Source: Pseudovirgaria hyperparasitica (lineage: Eukaryota). From it: 64,000 bases of DNA. This document shows positions 38,801 to 55,480 of this stretch, piece after piece. The first letter of the stretch is position 1, and the number at the start of each line of letters is the position of its first letter. The DNA lies in assembly GCA_010093815.1 (NCBI GenBank), contig ML996566.1; one strand, written 5' to 3'. The notes beneath the pieces are model-generated. The model was not told the origin of the DNA and ran no database searches. It saw only the letters and a list, made by a program, of their open reading frames with translations. Made by a program: the position numbers and the translations under genes.

Positions 38801-39231
38801 TCATGCTTCTCATTCGTTTGAACAGCAGACAAGGTCGATTTGGGCCGGTGCGGGAACACAACGTTTGGCGATAGACATGGAAGCACCCATTGTGTCGCAA
38901 TCAAATCTATCAGTGCATACAAAATGCTCATGAGGGTGCTATCATATTCGGATTCCGGGCTGAAGCCTTCTCTGACGGCAGCAAGATGTATAGCTTCTAG
39001 GTGGCGAAGAGATTCCAGGAGATATGGTTTACTACGGCCTTCTAACTCGTGCACGCAAGGATTGGGGGTATGCGAGTTTAGGAGTGTCAAAATACTTGGA
39101 TCTGATAATAGTGCATTATCTGCTTCATGTCAGATTCTACGCCCTGGCATGATGATTGGGTACGAGCCTAGACCAGTCAAAGGACGCACAAAGTCCGCAG
39201 CAGACACGATTTCCGCAGCCAAAGATATCAT
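35820..39231 (-). CDS. RTP1: RNA polymerase II assembly/import factor Rtp1 (TANGO6-like, HEAT repeats)
   Basis: ORFs 38596-39090 and 35820-38456 are joined by an intron ~38522-38598. Motifs: DLAAQEAPIRA, DSYVYLPAIRAL, DGRLRIGEA, EEDVRVRTSALSIL. First exon approximate. Confidence 0.8.
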
Positions 39232-41876
39232 GTCGCCTTAGACTCATACACACCGACACAAGAGCTGCTCAGACAGGAAATTGACGGTAGAGCATGATGC
39301 AAAACTGCGCGCAGGCAGAAGATGGTATGCCAAGAGTTCACACGTGTCTCGTGTCACTAGCGCGATCACGTCGCGTCTCCATCCGGATAACAAAGCTCTT
39401 GTGAGGCCGGATTCCTCCATTTTCACGACCGCCCATGACACCCAAGACGACTCACGATTACCAGCAATGCCCTCTCAGATCTTCAAATCGAGATCGCAAT
39501 CTCCCTACACCAACCGATCTGACCATTTCGATGCCCTTTGCCGACGTCAACGGACCTGGACCGCATCAAGAACACAGACTACTCTCAACTTCTGCCTCTT
39601 CATTCTCAATCAAACCAACGCGTTTCCCTCTCCGCATGTGCCCGTTGATCGTCTCTCCACTCAACTGAGTGGGGATGCCAATCGGCCTTTTTCTGTTACC
39701 TGCATCATGGCCTACGATGCCTCATCCCGAGCCTCATAGCATGGTCTCACTGGGTGCATGGCAGACGTGTGGTTCATGGTGCTACAGCAGATAAAACTGT
39801 TGTAAACGAGGTTCCAGTGAGAGGATGGTCTTCGGAACTTAACCCTAATCTACTCTCGGTTTGTTGCTTGCGCAACTCAGTCACACGGTCAAATGTTGCC
39901 GGCCTCTCGATTACGTCTTATTGATCCGAGCTGTGTCTTCGCACGGCCTGGCGATAAAAAACCAAATTGAGGCTGAGGCCCGGTGGAATGCAGGACTCAT
40001 GTGTCTAATTGGGTAAGATCCTCAGATGAGGGCGCACGTCGAGTTCTGCAACTGGGCAACAGATACTGGTCAGCATGGACAGCTCAGATCGCGATAGTTC
40101 ACGATGTTCCAAAGAAGAGACTGGAAGATACGATGGCGGGCAGTTTCTTACTGTCACTTTGGCAGTCCAAACTACAGCAGACCTAAAGACAGACAACATT
40201 ACATTTTACCCACGAGCATATCAGATGTCGGACGCAGACATTGCAATCGACACTTCACACAGCGCCCTCAATGGTGTCTACTTTGACTCACGTCGCCTAC
40301 CTGATAGTATACCACTTGAGTTTCGGGATTGAGCACAACTTTCGCTGTCGAAAGACGGCGCGCAAACACACAGACAATGCAGCATGTGCCTCGGAGCCTT
40401 TAGGCTAGCTATACAAAAGACTCACTCGTCAGAACTTTGCGCTATACTGTAAACAGCGAGGTCTATCAGCATACATGCAGAGGCATAGCACACATCGTCA
40501 TTTTTTGCTGCAAGGTTGCACCGCTCCGAATCTCGACACCATGAGAAGTGAAACTTTTTTTTGGTTTGCGTGACTGATCAAAGTTGGTTGAGTGTCGCAT
40601 TCACTCTGGATGCTCCAAGCAGGCACATAACCCATCTGATCTGAACATGTGCACGTCTCCTGTCACTGTGAATGGAAGACTTGCGGTACATCTATTGTGT
40701 GTAAGTAGAGACCCTTGTGATCTCGAAAGCAGCCAGTCTCCACTCCCTGCCATCGAGATACCTATGTCATCGAGCCTCTACTACGGCACAAGCCATCAGT
40801 AGTGTGGTGCACTCTCATGAGTACAACTTGTCTCCGACCAGCCGTGTTAATCATCTACTTGTACGTTCTGCGTACACCTGTGATGAGCGCCGACTGACCC
40901 GTCTGTACCCGACTTATATCTGTCGATCAGACATTCCTCCCTCTTGTAGGGGATGAGGGCGATTTTTGTTGATGTACTTTGTGCGCCTACCATGCCCTCC
41001 AACGTACACTGGCTGAAAAGCCGTGTGCCCTGGAGCGGAAACAAAGACGGTCTCTATGAGGAACGCCAAAACATACAGAAAGAAGCCCTCGAGGCACTCG
41101 GAAGAGGTCTCAGGTCTGGAATTGGAAAGTCTAGTGTTCAGCATGCGGTCTTTCGAAGTTTACCGAGAAGGGTTTCGGTGGACCTATTGCGAGGGACAGT
41201 TGTTTCTATTAGGAAGAAATTGCTAAGTCGGCGTTGTGTGAGTTGTTCATGGCGTTCTTCGGACTTTTGTCACTCGTCATCTCAACTCTTTTTGCTGCGT
41301 GGTCTACTCATGGGCTCTTAAAATCACACATCTAGTGGATGCAACAGGTTCTATCCAGACTATCTGCAAGCTTCTTTTCAGTTGGACGCATGGCTCTGCA
41401 CTGAGGGCGAATCGAGTGCAGGAGTAACAGAACCTCAAGACGGGACCTCTCTAGAGTGAGGATCAAAGTCGCGTGCTTGTCTGTCTTGAGATCCTGCCTG
41501 CCCTAGATCCGTTTTTGTTGCGTAACTTGGCATCTTGTAAGCCTGAAAGAGAAAGTTTCCAGTGTGTCAAGGATAATACGACTGTCTTGCCTCTCTGTGC
41601 GAGAATGGGAGCCCCTGAGAAAGCGACCGCATCAAGACGCGGATGGCGAAGCAAATTGATGGGGGATGCTCGGTGTCTGCGGTCCACAATCCCGCCGTCT
41701 CTGAGGAGACGGCCAACCATTTTTTTGATAAGTCGTCCCCCTCTGCTCGGCGGCATCATTCAAGGACTGACTATATACAGAAAACCAGCTTCTCTCCTCA
41801 GAGAAATCGCCCGTCATGAAAAAGCAGCCCAGGCGAACGGACACAACCACGAGAGTGTTCCATGAGGATGCTCACC

Positions 41877-42979
41877 CTACGCCATCTTTCCGGGTACAAA
41901 CGGATGACCTGCGCTTAATCCACCACAAACAGCCCATGCCTGCCCGTTGACATAGCTGCTTTCGTCGCTTCCCAAGAAGAGTGCCACACGCGCAACCTCG
42001 TCCGCCGCCGCACCCCTCTTCAGCGGGTTCAATTGTCCAATCTTCTTCTGCGTTCCCTTCGCCCTTGCAGCATCGTACATGGGCTTCGTCATACCCGTCT
42101 CGATAACACCTGGGCAGATGGCGTTACACCGAATTCCAGTACCAGCCAGTTGATAAGAGACTGTCTGAGCGATGGAAACCACAGCGGCTTTAGATGCGGA
42201 GTAATCAGTTGACCCAGCGTTCGAGCGGATGCCAGCAACGGACGCTGTCCCAATAATAGAACCGCAAGGGTAGGGCTTGTCCTTTGATGTCTTGAGCATA
42301 GCTTTCGCGCCATACTTTGCAGCAAGAAATACACTTCAACTTATCAGCACGCGGTTCCCACAACATGTCAGATCAAAATACCTCAACGTGTTAACCCTCA
42401 TCATCTCCATCCAGTCGTCAGCGTCTATATCAGTGAACACACTCCCGCTCGCCCGACCCGCATTGGCAAAAAAAACGTCCAGTCGTCCATATTTATCTAG
42501 TGCTTCTTGTACCACATTCTTCACTGCCTCTTCCTCAGCGGCATCAAATTGCCGGATATGAACGTCCATCTCCGGGTACAAGCTTTCCAGCTCTCGTTTG
42601 TGTACAGGGAGGTGTTCATCATCGTAATCGCATAAATATACGGCCCGTGCCCCGTTATGCGCGAATTGGTGGGCTGTCGCGCGGCCGATTCCCATGGCGG
42701 AATTTGTGCCTAGCGTATGTGTTGGAACAATATGAGGAGAGTGCAGTATTCTATGGTTTACCTACCGGTTATTATAACAACTTTGCCTTTTGTGCGTCTG
42801 TAACTTTGCTTAGTGTATGGCTCACGTAGACGGGAAGGAATAGATTCGTACTGTCCAGCTGAGTCACCTGCAATCCGACGTATCTTCGGGATGTCTTCGA
42901 ACATACCCGGGTCTTCGGCGGGCACTGCGAGTTGCTCACTCAGCATTGTGAGGCGTTGGCGTGCTTTCTCAGAGGTCAT
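41877..42979 (-). CDS. Short-chain dehydrogenase/reductase (multi-exon)
   Basis: KGKVVIITG|..MGIGRA, FFANAG, SVAG..YSASKAA (YxxxK), NAICPG, SSYVNGQ. Confidence 0.93.
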
Positions 42980-43365
42980 TGTGTAGAGTGCAGTATGATA
43001 GATCCAGGAATGAGCGGAGAGGAGGCTACGTCTGGAAATGCTTGAGGTCGTTTTGCGGGGAGCTCGGGTTATGGATATGGGCCTCGGCTGACGGCCGGGA
43101 CGTGTACCTGAGGCAGATCCGTTCATCGCCGCACATTAACATTGCTGTCCTGGTATGCAACCTTTCTAGAGTCGCCAATAGTGCTAATATACCTGTCTCG
43201 CTGGGCTTCAACCATTCTTGTCAGCTTATCCGATATATAATTGTTTACGTACAGCCAACCCATACATCTAGCACACCACACTTGAAGATGGTACAAGTGT
43301 AGTGCGTTGTTTTCTATCAGAGTTGAGAACCAACAGTAAAAGTCTATAAGGATAGCCCGCCTCTT

Positions 43366-45963
43366 TTACATCAAGCAGCCGTTGCGCTTGCTCGAATGCA
43401 ACGCCGAAGTACCCAAGCGTATCCTCTTGTCTCCGAGCCTGATATAGGACTCGACCAACCATTCATACCACACCTTCCTATCGTCCGTCTGCCTCCACAT
43501 GCTGATATCAAGTTGGGAGTCCTCGGGTATGTAAAGCGGCTCCTACGGGAATCAGCGGACTGAGTGGCAACATATGTAAGGAGGGAGCCAAAACGTACCT
43601 TGAGTGGCCAGAATATCGGGAACCAACTAATCATATCTTCACTCTTGCTCGCCATGGTCACAGGGTTGGTGCTAAGCTCTACCTTTCCGTTTGTCCCTTC
43701 GTAAAGAACGGTCTCGAAATAACCACCGATACCATGACAAACGCCTCTGTACTTACAGTCAAATGTGGCACGTACAGAGCGAACGTTGTGTTCATTAGCT
43801 CCATCCCCACCTGTTTGCCCCCCTATCCCACCAGAAGCTCCACCGCCCCGTCGTGTATTCGATTGATCAAGTACCGCCTTTGGTATGGGATGCATAAACT
43901 CCCACGCAAGTTTGACTTTTGGGACAGCGTTCCAGATCTCAATCTTCGGAGGGCCCTTGTGATCACTTTTCTCCGACGTCGCTTTCGCAGGTGGCTCTTC
44001 GATATCCACCGACAAGTAATCAATTGCATGCAACATTACAACATACGACGTTTCGTATGCGCTTAAGTCCGAACGTGAAAGAATGTCTGCGTACAAATTC
44101 GGTGCTGAGATTGGCGTAAAGTGTGCTGTATACGACTGCGGTATCGATATGCCATGTGTGGAAGCCATGACATGCTGAACCCCATCGAGGCACTCTGGCG
44201 AAAGTTCGTTGTCTGCGAACGATCCAAGAAGCTCGGACACGATGATGTCGACATGACCATAGGTACCATCCTCACGCTTGGGTCCTTTCCAGGCCCTCAT
44301 GTCGGACTTTACCAGAGTAACTTTACCTTCCCAATCTGACGTATTGTGGCGTTGCAGTACTACGAATGCATTCGGATTCTTTTCAACTGCATGTAGTTCT
44401 ATCTCAACTCCAGTGCTCTGGCTGGCTTGTATGGCACGGGTCACGAGAGGGCCACGGCCGGCACCGACGACGGCTACAACCACCGCACCGCTGGGCGACG
44501 ACGTTGGTTTCTCCTGGATCTTCCAGTCGCTCAAGGCTTGTTCTATGGCGCGTTGATACCATGCGTATTTGATTGGGTCTTTCTCGAAAACCTCGTATGT
44601 AATACTCTCGAGATTGTCAGTCAAGGGTTGAAGAGGAGATTGCAAGTAGTCTTGATAGCCGGCACCAAATCTTTCAATCATTGACTTGACTGGCTGGTTT
44701 CTTTGCAGGTATCTCATGTAGCTGAGGTGAGGGGTTGGGTCGTCCTTTGAATGACGACTTGCTGAAATTTGCACCTGAGACGACTCGGCGGGTGTTGGCG
44801 ATGGCGACATGCTAGAATTGGCATCTGACAATTGATCTGGTTGAAGTAAAGCAGTAGCTAATGGGAGTTCGACATTGGAGTCGTCAAGGCCCGGTATCGT
44901 CCCTACATCCGAAAGAAGTATCCACGGGGCATTGCGGAGACGCATACACCGCGCAATGAAACCTTGATGGGATTTCGAGAGCACATATGACCCACGGACA
45001 TTCTTCAAGAACGAACCTCCTGGTAGTAGCAAAAGTTTCAATGGCTCCGAATACCACCTAGACTGAACAGCCAACGGTGGTAAGCGACGTGGGAGTGATA
45101 GAGCTACATTTCGGGCCCATCAGCAGTGTTCTGATAGGCACAGAAAGTTGGGAACAATGTTGGGACGCAATTTATGACCGAAGTACCTTGGTTGCTTACC
45201 TACGGAAAGTCTGGAGCTATATTTACAGACGCTACGAATGGCATTCCATGCGTCCCAGGTTCCGAACAAGTCGCACTCTTGAGGCTCGAACGCTTCGATA
45301 TTTCCGAAGTATTCGGGTCTGGCGAAAGCATTCAGATCTCCAATCTCTTGCTCTGGTTCGGTGTCTGGGTCCCAGCTCATGGACAAGAGTATGTGAATGT
45401 GCACATAGGGCCCAAGTGAAGATGCTTCCAAGATTGCCCGAGCATACTGTGCAATGTCTGCACCCTCGTACAGCTTCGGACCTTCTATATAGACATTGAC
45501 AATACCGCAGAATGCCGCATATGCAATTTCTTGATTCAGTACTTGTCTGGATAGATGGGCGACCAAGGGGTCAGGTGATGCAAGGTCCACCCATGAGCTG
45601 GTGAAGGCCAGAAGCTGTGAAACTGTCTCGGTGGGTGTCAAGGGAGTATCAATGGGTCGAAAAGGCGCAATGAGCGGTAATGGTAGAGAGTTCGCATCAA
45701 CACCATCCTCTATTTTAGACATGTAGTCGGAGAGCAAAGTCAGAACACTTGAATGAAACTCAGAGGTCGAGATTGGGGTTGATAACATATCATACTGCAT
45801 CACACATCAGCCAGCACTTCTAGAGCCGGTATGTTTGCTGTCTCACATTGCAATCATGAGCTTGTTGTAAAGTTTGTTCCGTAACATGACATGACCGTCG
45901 AGTTTCATGCTGCCCTACATAGAAAACGGGCATAGGATCCCCAGAGCTCCCCTCATAGTCCAT
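43366..45963 (-). CDS. PRMT5: Protein arginine N-methyltransferase 5 (Skb1/Hsl7 family), multi-exon
   Basis: YQDYLQSPLQPLTDNLESITYEVFEKDPIKY, VVGAGRGPLV, VEKNPNA, VSELLGSFADNELSPECLDG, MISWFPI. Confidence 0.96.
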
Positions 45964-46211
45964 GATGTTATTTTATCAAATGAAGTACCGTCTAGATATT
46001 AGTGATTGTCCATGTTTTCTATCGGAATTGAATATGAAATGATCCGTGAGAAGATTACTGTTAGTGGGGAGAGAAAAAGAAGCATAGTGCCCTCGCCCCA
46101 CTTCCGGAGAGAGATCCCACACGCTAAAAGTGTGGCTTGCAAGCGGAATGTGGCGCAAGGAAAAACATCCTGACGGACCCTTGAGCAAACTTTCCGGTAA
46201 CCGCTACATGA

Positions 46212-48621
<2,410 letters not shown>

Positions 48622-48892
48622 GGCGCACTACTGTAGGTAAATACTGTATAGATACTTGATTGGGCGTCACCTCTGGTCTCCGACTAGATTTGCAGACTTA
48701 TATAGAAAGCAAGGCACGACTCATGGGTCCACTGTCGTAACGCAGGATCATCTTTTTGTCGAGTTCGAATACCATGTGATGAAATCTGACCTGAGTAGTA
48801 TATAATCATAGTAATTCGCCGAATACATGTGAGGTTCCCTTTCCATCACTCGTCGGTGATGCGACCCTTAAGACTTTAGAACAGCTAGGCAT

Positions 48893-51800
48893 CTAGTACG
48901 TTGGCTCAGGCGTTGTAGTAAAGCTCACTATCTCGTCCAACGTGGTCTTCGGGTCCTGGTGGACATCTGCAGCAAGGAAGCCTCGCGCGATCTGTTCCTG
49001 GGACAGATCAGCTTGTCAGCATGAGACAGGCTCTTTCAATGATCACTTACAGCATCTTCGAGCTCTTTAATTTCTGTCTTAGGCATTTTCGAGCATTCGG
49101 CCACTAGATCAGCTCCTTTTGCAGCTAAAACGATCAAAGTCTCTGCTCTTCGCACAATTACTGGCGGTATCCCATACAGGGCGGCACATATCGTACCAAA
49201 ACTACTAATACTTTTACCTTCGCGGAAATTGTATAGGTACGTGATCTGATTTCCAACCTCCAGAGCCTCTTTGTCGACACGGATTTGGAGATGGCCGAAT
49301 GCTACCGACGGCTGAGGTCCAATAAACCCATTTTCGAAAAGCTCGTGGAAGTGAGTTGCTACAATGACCTTCGGACACTCATCACCAAGGCTAATGAGAT
49401 GATCCAAGACGCCGCACATTAAACCAGCGCCATCGCTTGAATTGGTGCCTTTACCGAATTCATCTATCACAAGTAGGCTGCGGTTTGTAGCCATGTTTAA
49501 GGATTGCGAAACTTGTTGAAGATCAATCGCGAATGCGCTTTGCATTTTTGACACTGATTCTCGTGTACTGATTCGTGTAAGAATTTTGTCTGTCAGGCCG
49601 ATCTGTGCACTCTCTGCGGGCACGAAGCTACCAATATGGGCCATGAAAACAATCAATGCTGTTTGTTTCAAGTAGACACTTTTACCAGAGTAGTTCGGGC
49701 CTGTCATTATGAGTATTCTTGGGGCATGAGACGCTTCGAGTCCCGTATTTCTTATAGTCGAATTCGCAGTTTCAGTTTCTCGCAAAGCTGCCAGTGAATC
49801 ATCATGCGCATGATGTTGATGTGGTATGCTTCCTCTACCTCCAAGTATATATGCGCTGTTTGTCACATATGAAGGTACCGTAAGCTCCTGGAGTAGATGT
49901 CTGCCCTTCTGAATATGAATGACATTGTCCTCTTTTACTTTTGGCCGTACGAGCTTGTATTGAATCGCGCCCTGAGCGAGTGCGGACAAGCAATCGATTT
50001 CACCGCATAAATCGGATGCTGTACTGAGGATAGCCTCGTACTCCAACACATACTGAGCAAGTTCATGTATGATCTCAATTTCTCGATCACAAATCAACCC
50101 ATGTATATCGCCAAAATGATTGTCCATCTCTTCCATATTGGTGTTTTTGTAGTAGACTGTAGCCTCGGTGACAAATATTCTTTCCCATACATCATCGGCA
50201 GCTCCTTCGTATGCGCCTGCACCTGTCTCTGCATCCAATGGTACCGCTATCAGAAATCCGATCTGAGGGAAGAACACCACGTTGAGCTGGACCTCCAGAT
50301 CCGGTGGCATCTTCTGAGCCAAATATCGTGCCACTTCACCGAGTATCGACTCAATACCATAGTAAGTTCTCTTCAAATTGTCCAGCTCCTCATCAACACC
50401 AGCATGGACTACCGTCCTGTGTTCTTCAGCAGACGTTTCGAAGTCGACAATTTCCGTAATCCTCCGACCGACTTGAGCGAAGTGATGCGGTTCAAACTTC
50501 TCGAGAACTTTGTGTCTGATCACAAGGCAGTCCGATCCATTAATCTCAAGTAAAACGTCCTTGATCTTGAGAGCGTGAAAGACAAACTGGCGAATACTTA
50601 TCCATACATTCCGACCGATGCCGCTACTTTTATTCGATGTACCACTTACACCTTTCCGCAGACTAATGATTACCATACGCATATTCTTGATAGCTTTGAG
50701 ATGTGAAACTAGGTTATCAAGGACAGTGGCGTTCTCTGGTCGAGTGAGCACACCTATAGTCCTCAATCGCTCATTGATGACCTCCAAGTTCAAACTCGGT
50801 CTAAGGAACTGCTGACGCAACAATGTCTTTCCCTGGGGTGTCCTCGCTAGATGGTGAAACAACCCGTATATGGAAAGACCTTCTTTGGATCCTGAATTCT
50901 TCGGTCCTTGGTTGTGGGAATGAGGATGAAATTCAGCTTGCAGGACTTGGAGCGACCGCAGTGTGTTCGAGTTCACAAACCTGGTAGTGCTGTGAGCTGA
51001 TAGGGTCAACAGTGGAGGATAGGGGAGCTTACATTGATTCCTTCAAGCTGACTGTTTCCACCCTAGCTATCCGAAACATACCATATGCAGCGGTATCCCC
51101 AGGTAGATAACTTGCAGCTCTCCTCCGCTGAAGGTAGGCTATAAGTGCGCCAGCGCAGCCGACCTTCTCATATCAGCATAGCACGATAGTGGAGCGACAA
51201 ATTGTGATACCGTGAGTCGACTGTCAATGTCCATCCACGTGGATAGTCTGAGGACCTGGCCTTGTCTCCCAGAGGACCCGACATGACGACAGTCATTAGT
51301 ATCAACACCAATATCCACAGGTGTCGTAAAATCCATTCGCGGCCCATCACCATGTTGGAGGCTGAGTGCTACAAGCTTGCTCTTTGCGGCTTCATATTTG
51401 AACTCGCTTGAAGGCCTCAATTCAAAGAGATATGGTAATCGGCGGATCGAGCCTACAAAGGATTAGAGTCTGCGTCGTGTTTCTCGGCGCATGGTGTATA
51501 GTACCATCGAGTTCGGATGCCTCTGCTTCGGGCTCAGGGTTCAACAGATCTATGACCGAGTCGTCGATTGAGGTCGGTATCAACACAACCGTCGGTTGGA
51601 CGAAGAGCTTCACTGGGCGTGCATCAGCCTTAAGCGAATCCAATCAATGATATCGAAAGCTTGAGCACCTACAAGTATCGACCGCTTCGAGACCCCCAAG
51701 CAAAATATCCTCCGTGACATACAAAGTTTCGTCGCGAGCGATGTAGTATGCACACCCCACGGTGCCACGCTCGCGCATGTCCACCGACATCACCACCTCG

Positions 51801-52093
51801 TGCAGGGTATCTTCATCTCCACCAAACTCCTTATCGCCACACCCATCTTGCACGTAGGCTTCACTATGAATAGTCGCCAAGGTACGACTCGGTCGTGGTG
51901 CTGGAGACTGAATAGTGACGCGACGACAGACGCGTTCTGGGGTCGTGCTCGATGTTGGCAAGCACGTTGACATCGCGATCGAGCTCTGTCGAGCTCGGCT
52001 AGAAGACGATGGCAGTGAGTTCTGACGCCGCCTGCCAGATGTTGATCTGGGCTTCCGAGGCCAGCTTTTCTGCGAAGGCACCTTGCTAGACAT
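48893..52093 (-). CDS. MSH5: Meiotic MutS homologue 5 (multi-exon)
   Basis: [64 protein letters not shown]. No mismatch-binding N-terminal domain evident. Confidence 0.93.
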
Positions 52094-52506
52094 GCTGAGC
52101 AAGATCCTCTTTTAACACGTACAATGCAGGTATGTACTCGAGTATTGTTTATTGGCGATCTTCCGAGGTTCAGAAATTACAAAGTGTAGTCGACCGTTTT
52201 AAGAAAGCACTCCGCTGTGCGGAGCGATAGGTACCGTGCAGATAATCTGCCAGAGAGCCAACTACCTACGTAGGTCAAAAACGTGATGATCGGTCTATGA
52301 TGCAGACCTTTAGAATATAAGAAGTGTGGACGGAGAAGTATCTTCTAATACATATTCTGGTGTATTAAAGTATAGCGCAGTGTGCTTAGGACGGAAGTCC
52401 TTTCAATGCGTCATCAGGAATACCAAAGTGGAGTTTGGCATAGTATATATACAAGACTATATCAGATAAACATACCTGAGCATCATAAATTTTTATACAG
52501 TGCAGC

Positions 52507-54888
52507 CTAGATCACTTGTGACGAGTGATTAAGCACAACTAGTCCCTCACCCCCTTCTTTGATCGCGACTGTTGCTGTGTCTCCAGTCTTGACCTGACCG
52601 CGAATTATCTTATCCGCCAATCCATTACCAATCTCGCGTGCTATCAGGCGGTTGAGAGGTCGAGCACCGAATTTGGGATCATATCCACGTTCACAGAGCC
52701 AATCCTTAGCCTCATTCGGCACGTGTAGCGTGATACGCCTATCATCAAGTCTTGCCTGGAGCTCTTTTAGTCGGATCTCGGCGATGTCGCGTAGTGCGGA
52801 GCGTGACAGTCTTCTAAATACTATAAACTCATCAATGCGATTAAGGAATTCTGGTGGGTAATTTGACGCAACCACATCCATGACCGCGGCTTTGACTTCT
52901 GGTGAAATCTCTCCATCTTCTTTGAGCTTGCGGCTATGAATTGCGTCATCCCCAAGAATAATCTTAGCGCCCAAATTTGATGTGAGCACGATCATTGTAT
53001 TGCGAAAATCGATTTTATGCCCCTGCGCATCTGTGAGAAAACCTTCATCCAACACTTGGAGCAACAAGGCTGAGATGTCGCGGTGGGCCTTCTCAAATTC
53101 ATCAAACAGAAGGACGGCGTATGGCTTACGTCGAACTGCTTCTGTCAGTTGACCAGCGTCTTCGTATCCAACATAGCCAGCAGGAGAGCCAATCAGTCTG
53201 CTGACAGTATGTTTCTCCTGAAATTCGCTCATGTCAAAACGGATGACTGCTGACTCAGTGCTGAACAAGAAATTTGCCATCTTTTTGCACAGTTCAGTCT
53301 TGCCCACACCAGTAGGTCCGAGGAACATGAAGCTAGCCAAGGGTCGATTTTCTCCATTCAAGCCAGCACGTTGCATCCGGACTGCATTCGCAACAGCGGC
53401 CAAGGCTTCATCCTGACCACGTACCGATTGTCGTAAGGTATCCTCCATATTGATGAGCTTTTCGACTTCGCCACTCATCAACTTGGTTACCGGGATCCCC
53501 GTCATCCGTGAAACTACGGTAGCAATATCGTCCGATGATACTGAATCATGTATAAGAGAATCGGGGCCCTTTCTTGCGGACTCCGCGCCCTCTTTGGGCA
53601 GCTTGTCCTCCAACGCAGGGATTCGAGAGTACCTCAGTTCTCCTGCCTTCGCAAAATTCCCCTCACGTTGCGCCTCCTCAAGCTCTTGCCTGGCTTGTTC
53701 GAGTTCGGCTTGTGTCTGTTTGAGGTCGGCAATCTCTTTCCGCTCTTGTTCCCACTTCTCTGAAAGCTTTGCTACTTCGTCTTGTTTAGACTTCAGCTTC
53801 TCCTCAAGTTTTTCACGCCGCTCTTTACTGGCGATATCAGTTTCTTTCCTGAGCGATTCCAATTCGATCTGGATAGTCATGATCTGTCTATCGAGTTCCT
53901 GTATGGTGTCTGGTTTGCTTTCTTGCTGAAGACGTAATGCAGACGCAGCTTCATCAACTAAATCGATCGCTTTGTCTGGTAAGAACCGGTCGGTGATGTA
54001 GCGATTACTATAAGTTGCGGCGGCAACAAGGGCCCCGTCCGTAATTCTCACACCATGATGTACTTCGTATCGTTCTTTGATGCCTCGAAGTATGGAGACA
54101 GTATCTTGCACGGTGGGTTCCCCAACTTGAATAGGTTGAAATCTGCGTGCAAGCGCAACATCCTTCTCAATCAGACGGTACTCGTTGAGCGTCGTTGCTC
54201 CACAGCATTGGAGCTCGCCGCGAGATAGCATAGGTTTGAGGAGATTGCTTGCGTCAATACTGCCTTCGGTCTTTCCAAGGCCTAGAAGAGTATGTAGCTC
54301 GTCAACAAAGAGGATAACGTCTCCTTTGGCCTCCTCGACCTCCTTCAGCACTTTCTTCAAACGTTCCTCGAAGTCACCGCGGAACTTCGCTCCTGCTATT
54401 AGCTGTCCGAGGTCTAGTGATATGACACGTTTGTTCTTCATGCTTTCAGGAACGTCTCCTTTCACTATCCTTTGCGCCAAACCCTCTAGAATAGCAGTCT
54501 TTCCAGTGCCAGCGGCACCAATGAGGACCGGATTATTCTTCGTTCTGCGGCTCAAGACTTGCAGCGTGCGGTGAATCTCTCCATCTCTTCCAATTACGGG
54601 ATCGAGGCGGCCATTTTTCGCGCGCGCTGTGAGGTCGACACCGTACGTCTCCAGCGCCGATTTCTCATCTTCACCATCCAGATTCATGCGGTGCGTGCCG
54701 CCTGGAGGATGAGGGTGACCGTTCGCATAGCCTCGCCATGGTGTTCGTGGCGTGTTCAGCGGGTGTGTTGAATGTGTTAAAGGTTCTCGCAGGGAAAGTA
54801 TAGGTTGAGGTGTTCGAGTGAGACTCCGGATGGAACTGGAGAGACGCAATGCGCCTCGCGCCCGGAATAACTGCATTTGGTGTGGCAT
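52507..54888 (-). CDS. HSP78: Mitochondrial ClpB-type disaggregase Hsp78
   Basis: Arg/Ser/Leu-rich presequence, no ClpB N-domain, two AAA+ modules ([16 protein letters not shown]), middle coiled coil, [10 protein letters not shown]. Confidence 0.96.
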   Translation of the reverse strand: MPHQMQLFRARGALRLSSSIRSLTRTPQPILSLREPLTHSTHPLNTPRTPWRGYANGHPHPPGGTHRMNLDGEDEKSALETYGVDLTARAKNGRLDPVIGRDGEIHRTLQVLSRRTKNNPVLIGAAGTGKTAILEGLAQRIVKGDVPESMKNKRVISLDLGQLIAGAKFRGDFEERLKKVLKEVEEAKGDVILFVDELHTLLGLGKTEGSIDASNLLKPMLSRGELQCCGATTLNEYRLIEKDVALARRFQPIQVGEPTVQDTVSILRGIKERYEVHHGVRITDGALVAAATYSNRYITDRFLPDKAIDLVDEAASALRLQQESKPDTIQELDRQIMTIQIELESLRKETDIASKERREKLEEKLKSKQDEVAKLSEKWEQERKEIADLKQTQAELEQARQELEEAQREGNFAKAGELRYSRIPALEDKLPKEGAESARKGPDSLIHDSVSSDDIATVVSRMTGIPVTKLMSGEVEKLINMEDTLRQSVRGQDEALAAVANAVRMQRAGLNGENRPLASFMFLGPTGVGKTELCKKMANFLFSTESAVIRFDMSEFQEKHTVSRLIGSPAGYVGYEDAGQLTEAVRRKPYAVLLFDEFEKAHRDISALLLQVLDEGFLTDAQGHKIDFRNTMIVLTSNLGAKIILGDDAIHSRKLKEDGEISPEVKAAVMDVVASNYPPEFLNRIDEFIVFRRLSRSALRDIAEIRLKELQARLDDRRITLHVPNEAKDWLCERGYDPKFGARPLNRLIAREIGNGLADKIIRGQVKTGDTATVAIKEGGEGLVVLNHSSQVI

Positions 54889-55480
54889 CCAACTAAAGAA
54901 GACTTTTGCAGTGAGCTGATAGAGACGGAGACCTACTATGTATACGTAGAATCAGCGCGACGCGCACCGCATAGAGCCGTCCTGCCATGACGTTCGAGTT
55001 GCTTCTCGAAAAGTCCTCGGTCGAGCTTAGGGCGACAGCTGTGACGCTAGCGCGACAGGGACATAATTTTGTACTATGCGTGTCCGAAGCACAGAATTGT
55101 GCCATGAAGATAAAATCGACTGGAGAATGGAGGGCACGCATTCATCACATCTTTAGGTACTGACTCGGTTTGAGTCTACATCTTGGACCTGGAATGTATG
55201 ATACAAATGTCGTCCCAAACATGACACTGTTTGTTCCTAAAGATTTGCGCCGTAAATTTGGCTTGGGTGGAAATGATGGCTGGCTGGTCCAAAGCGGCAT
55301 AGCGGCGGATGCAAAGCCTTGACTCCACCTCAAATTTCACCAAGAGACGATTTTTCCGTTCCTCTACAACATCCCTCTCGACTTCGACCACAAGTTCTTT
55401 CAACCCCACCACATATCCCACTCTCAACTACCAGAGTCTACTGCCCCCTTCCACATTATACATATCTCACTCTTCCAAGA

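Noticed and set aside
39281..41865. Several 60-150 aa ORFs between RTP1 and the SDR gene
   Set aside because: No recognisable domain or consistent splice model. Could be intergenic DNA or a decayed gene.
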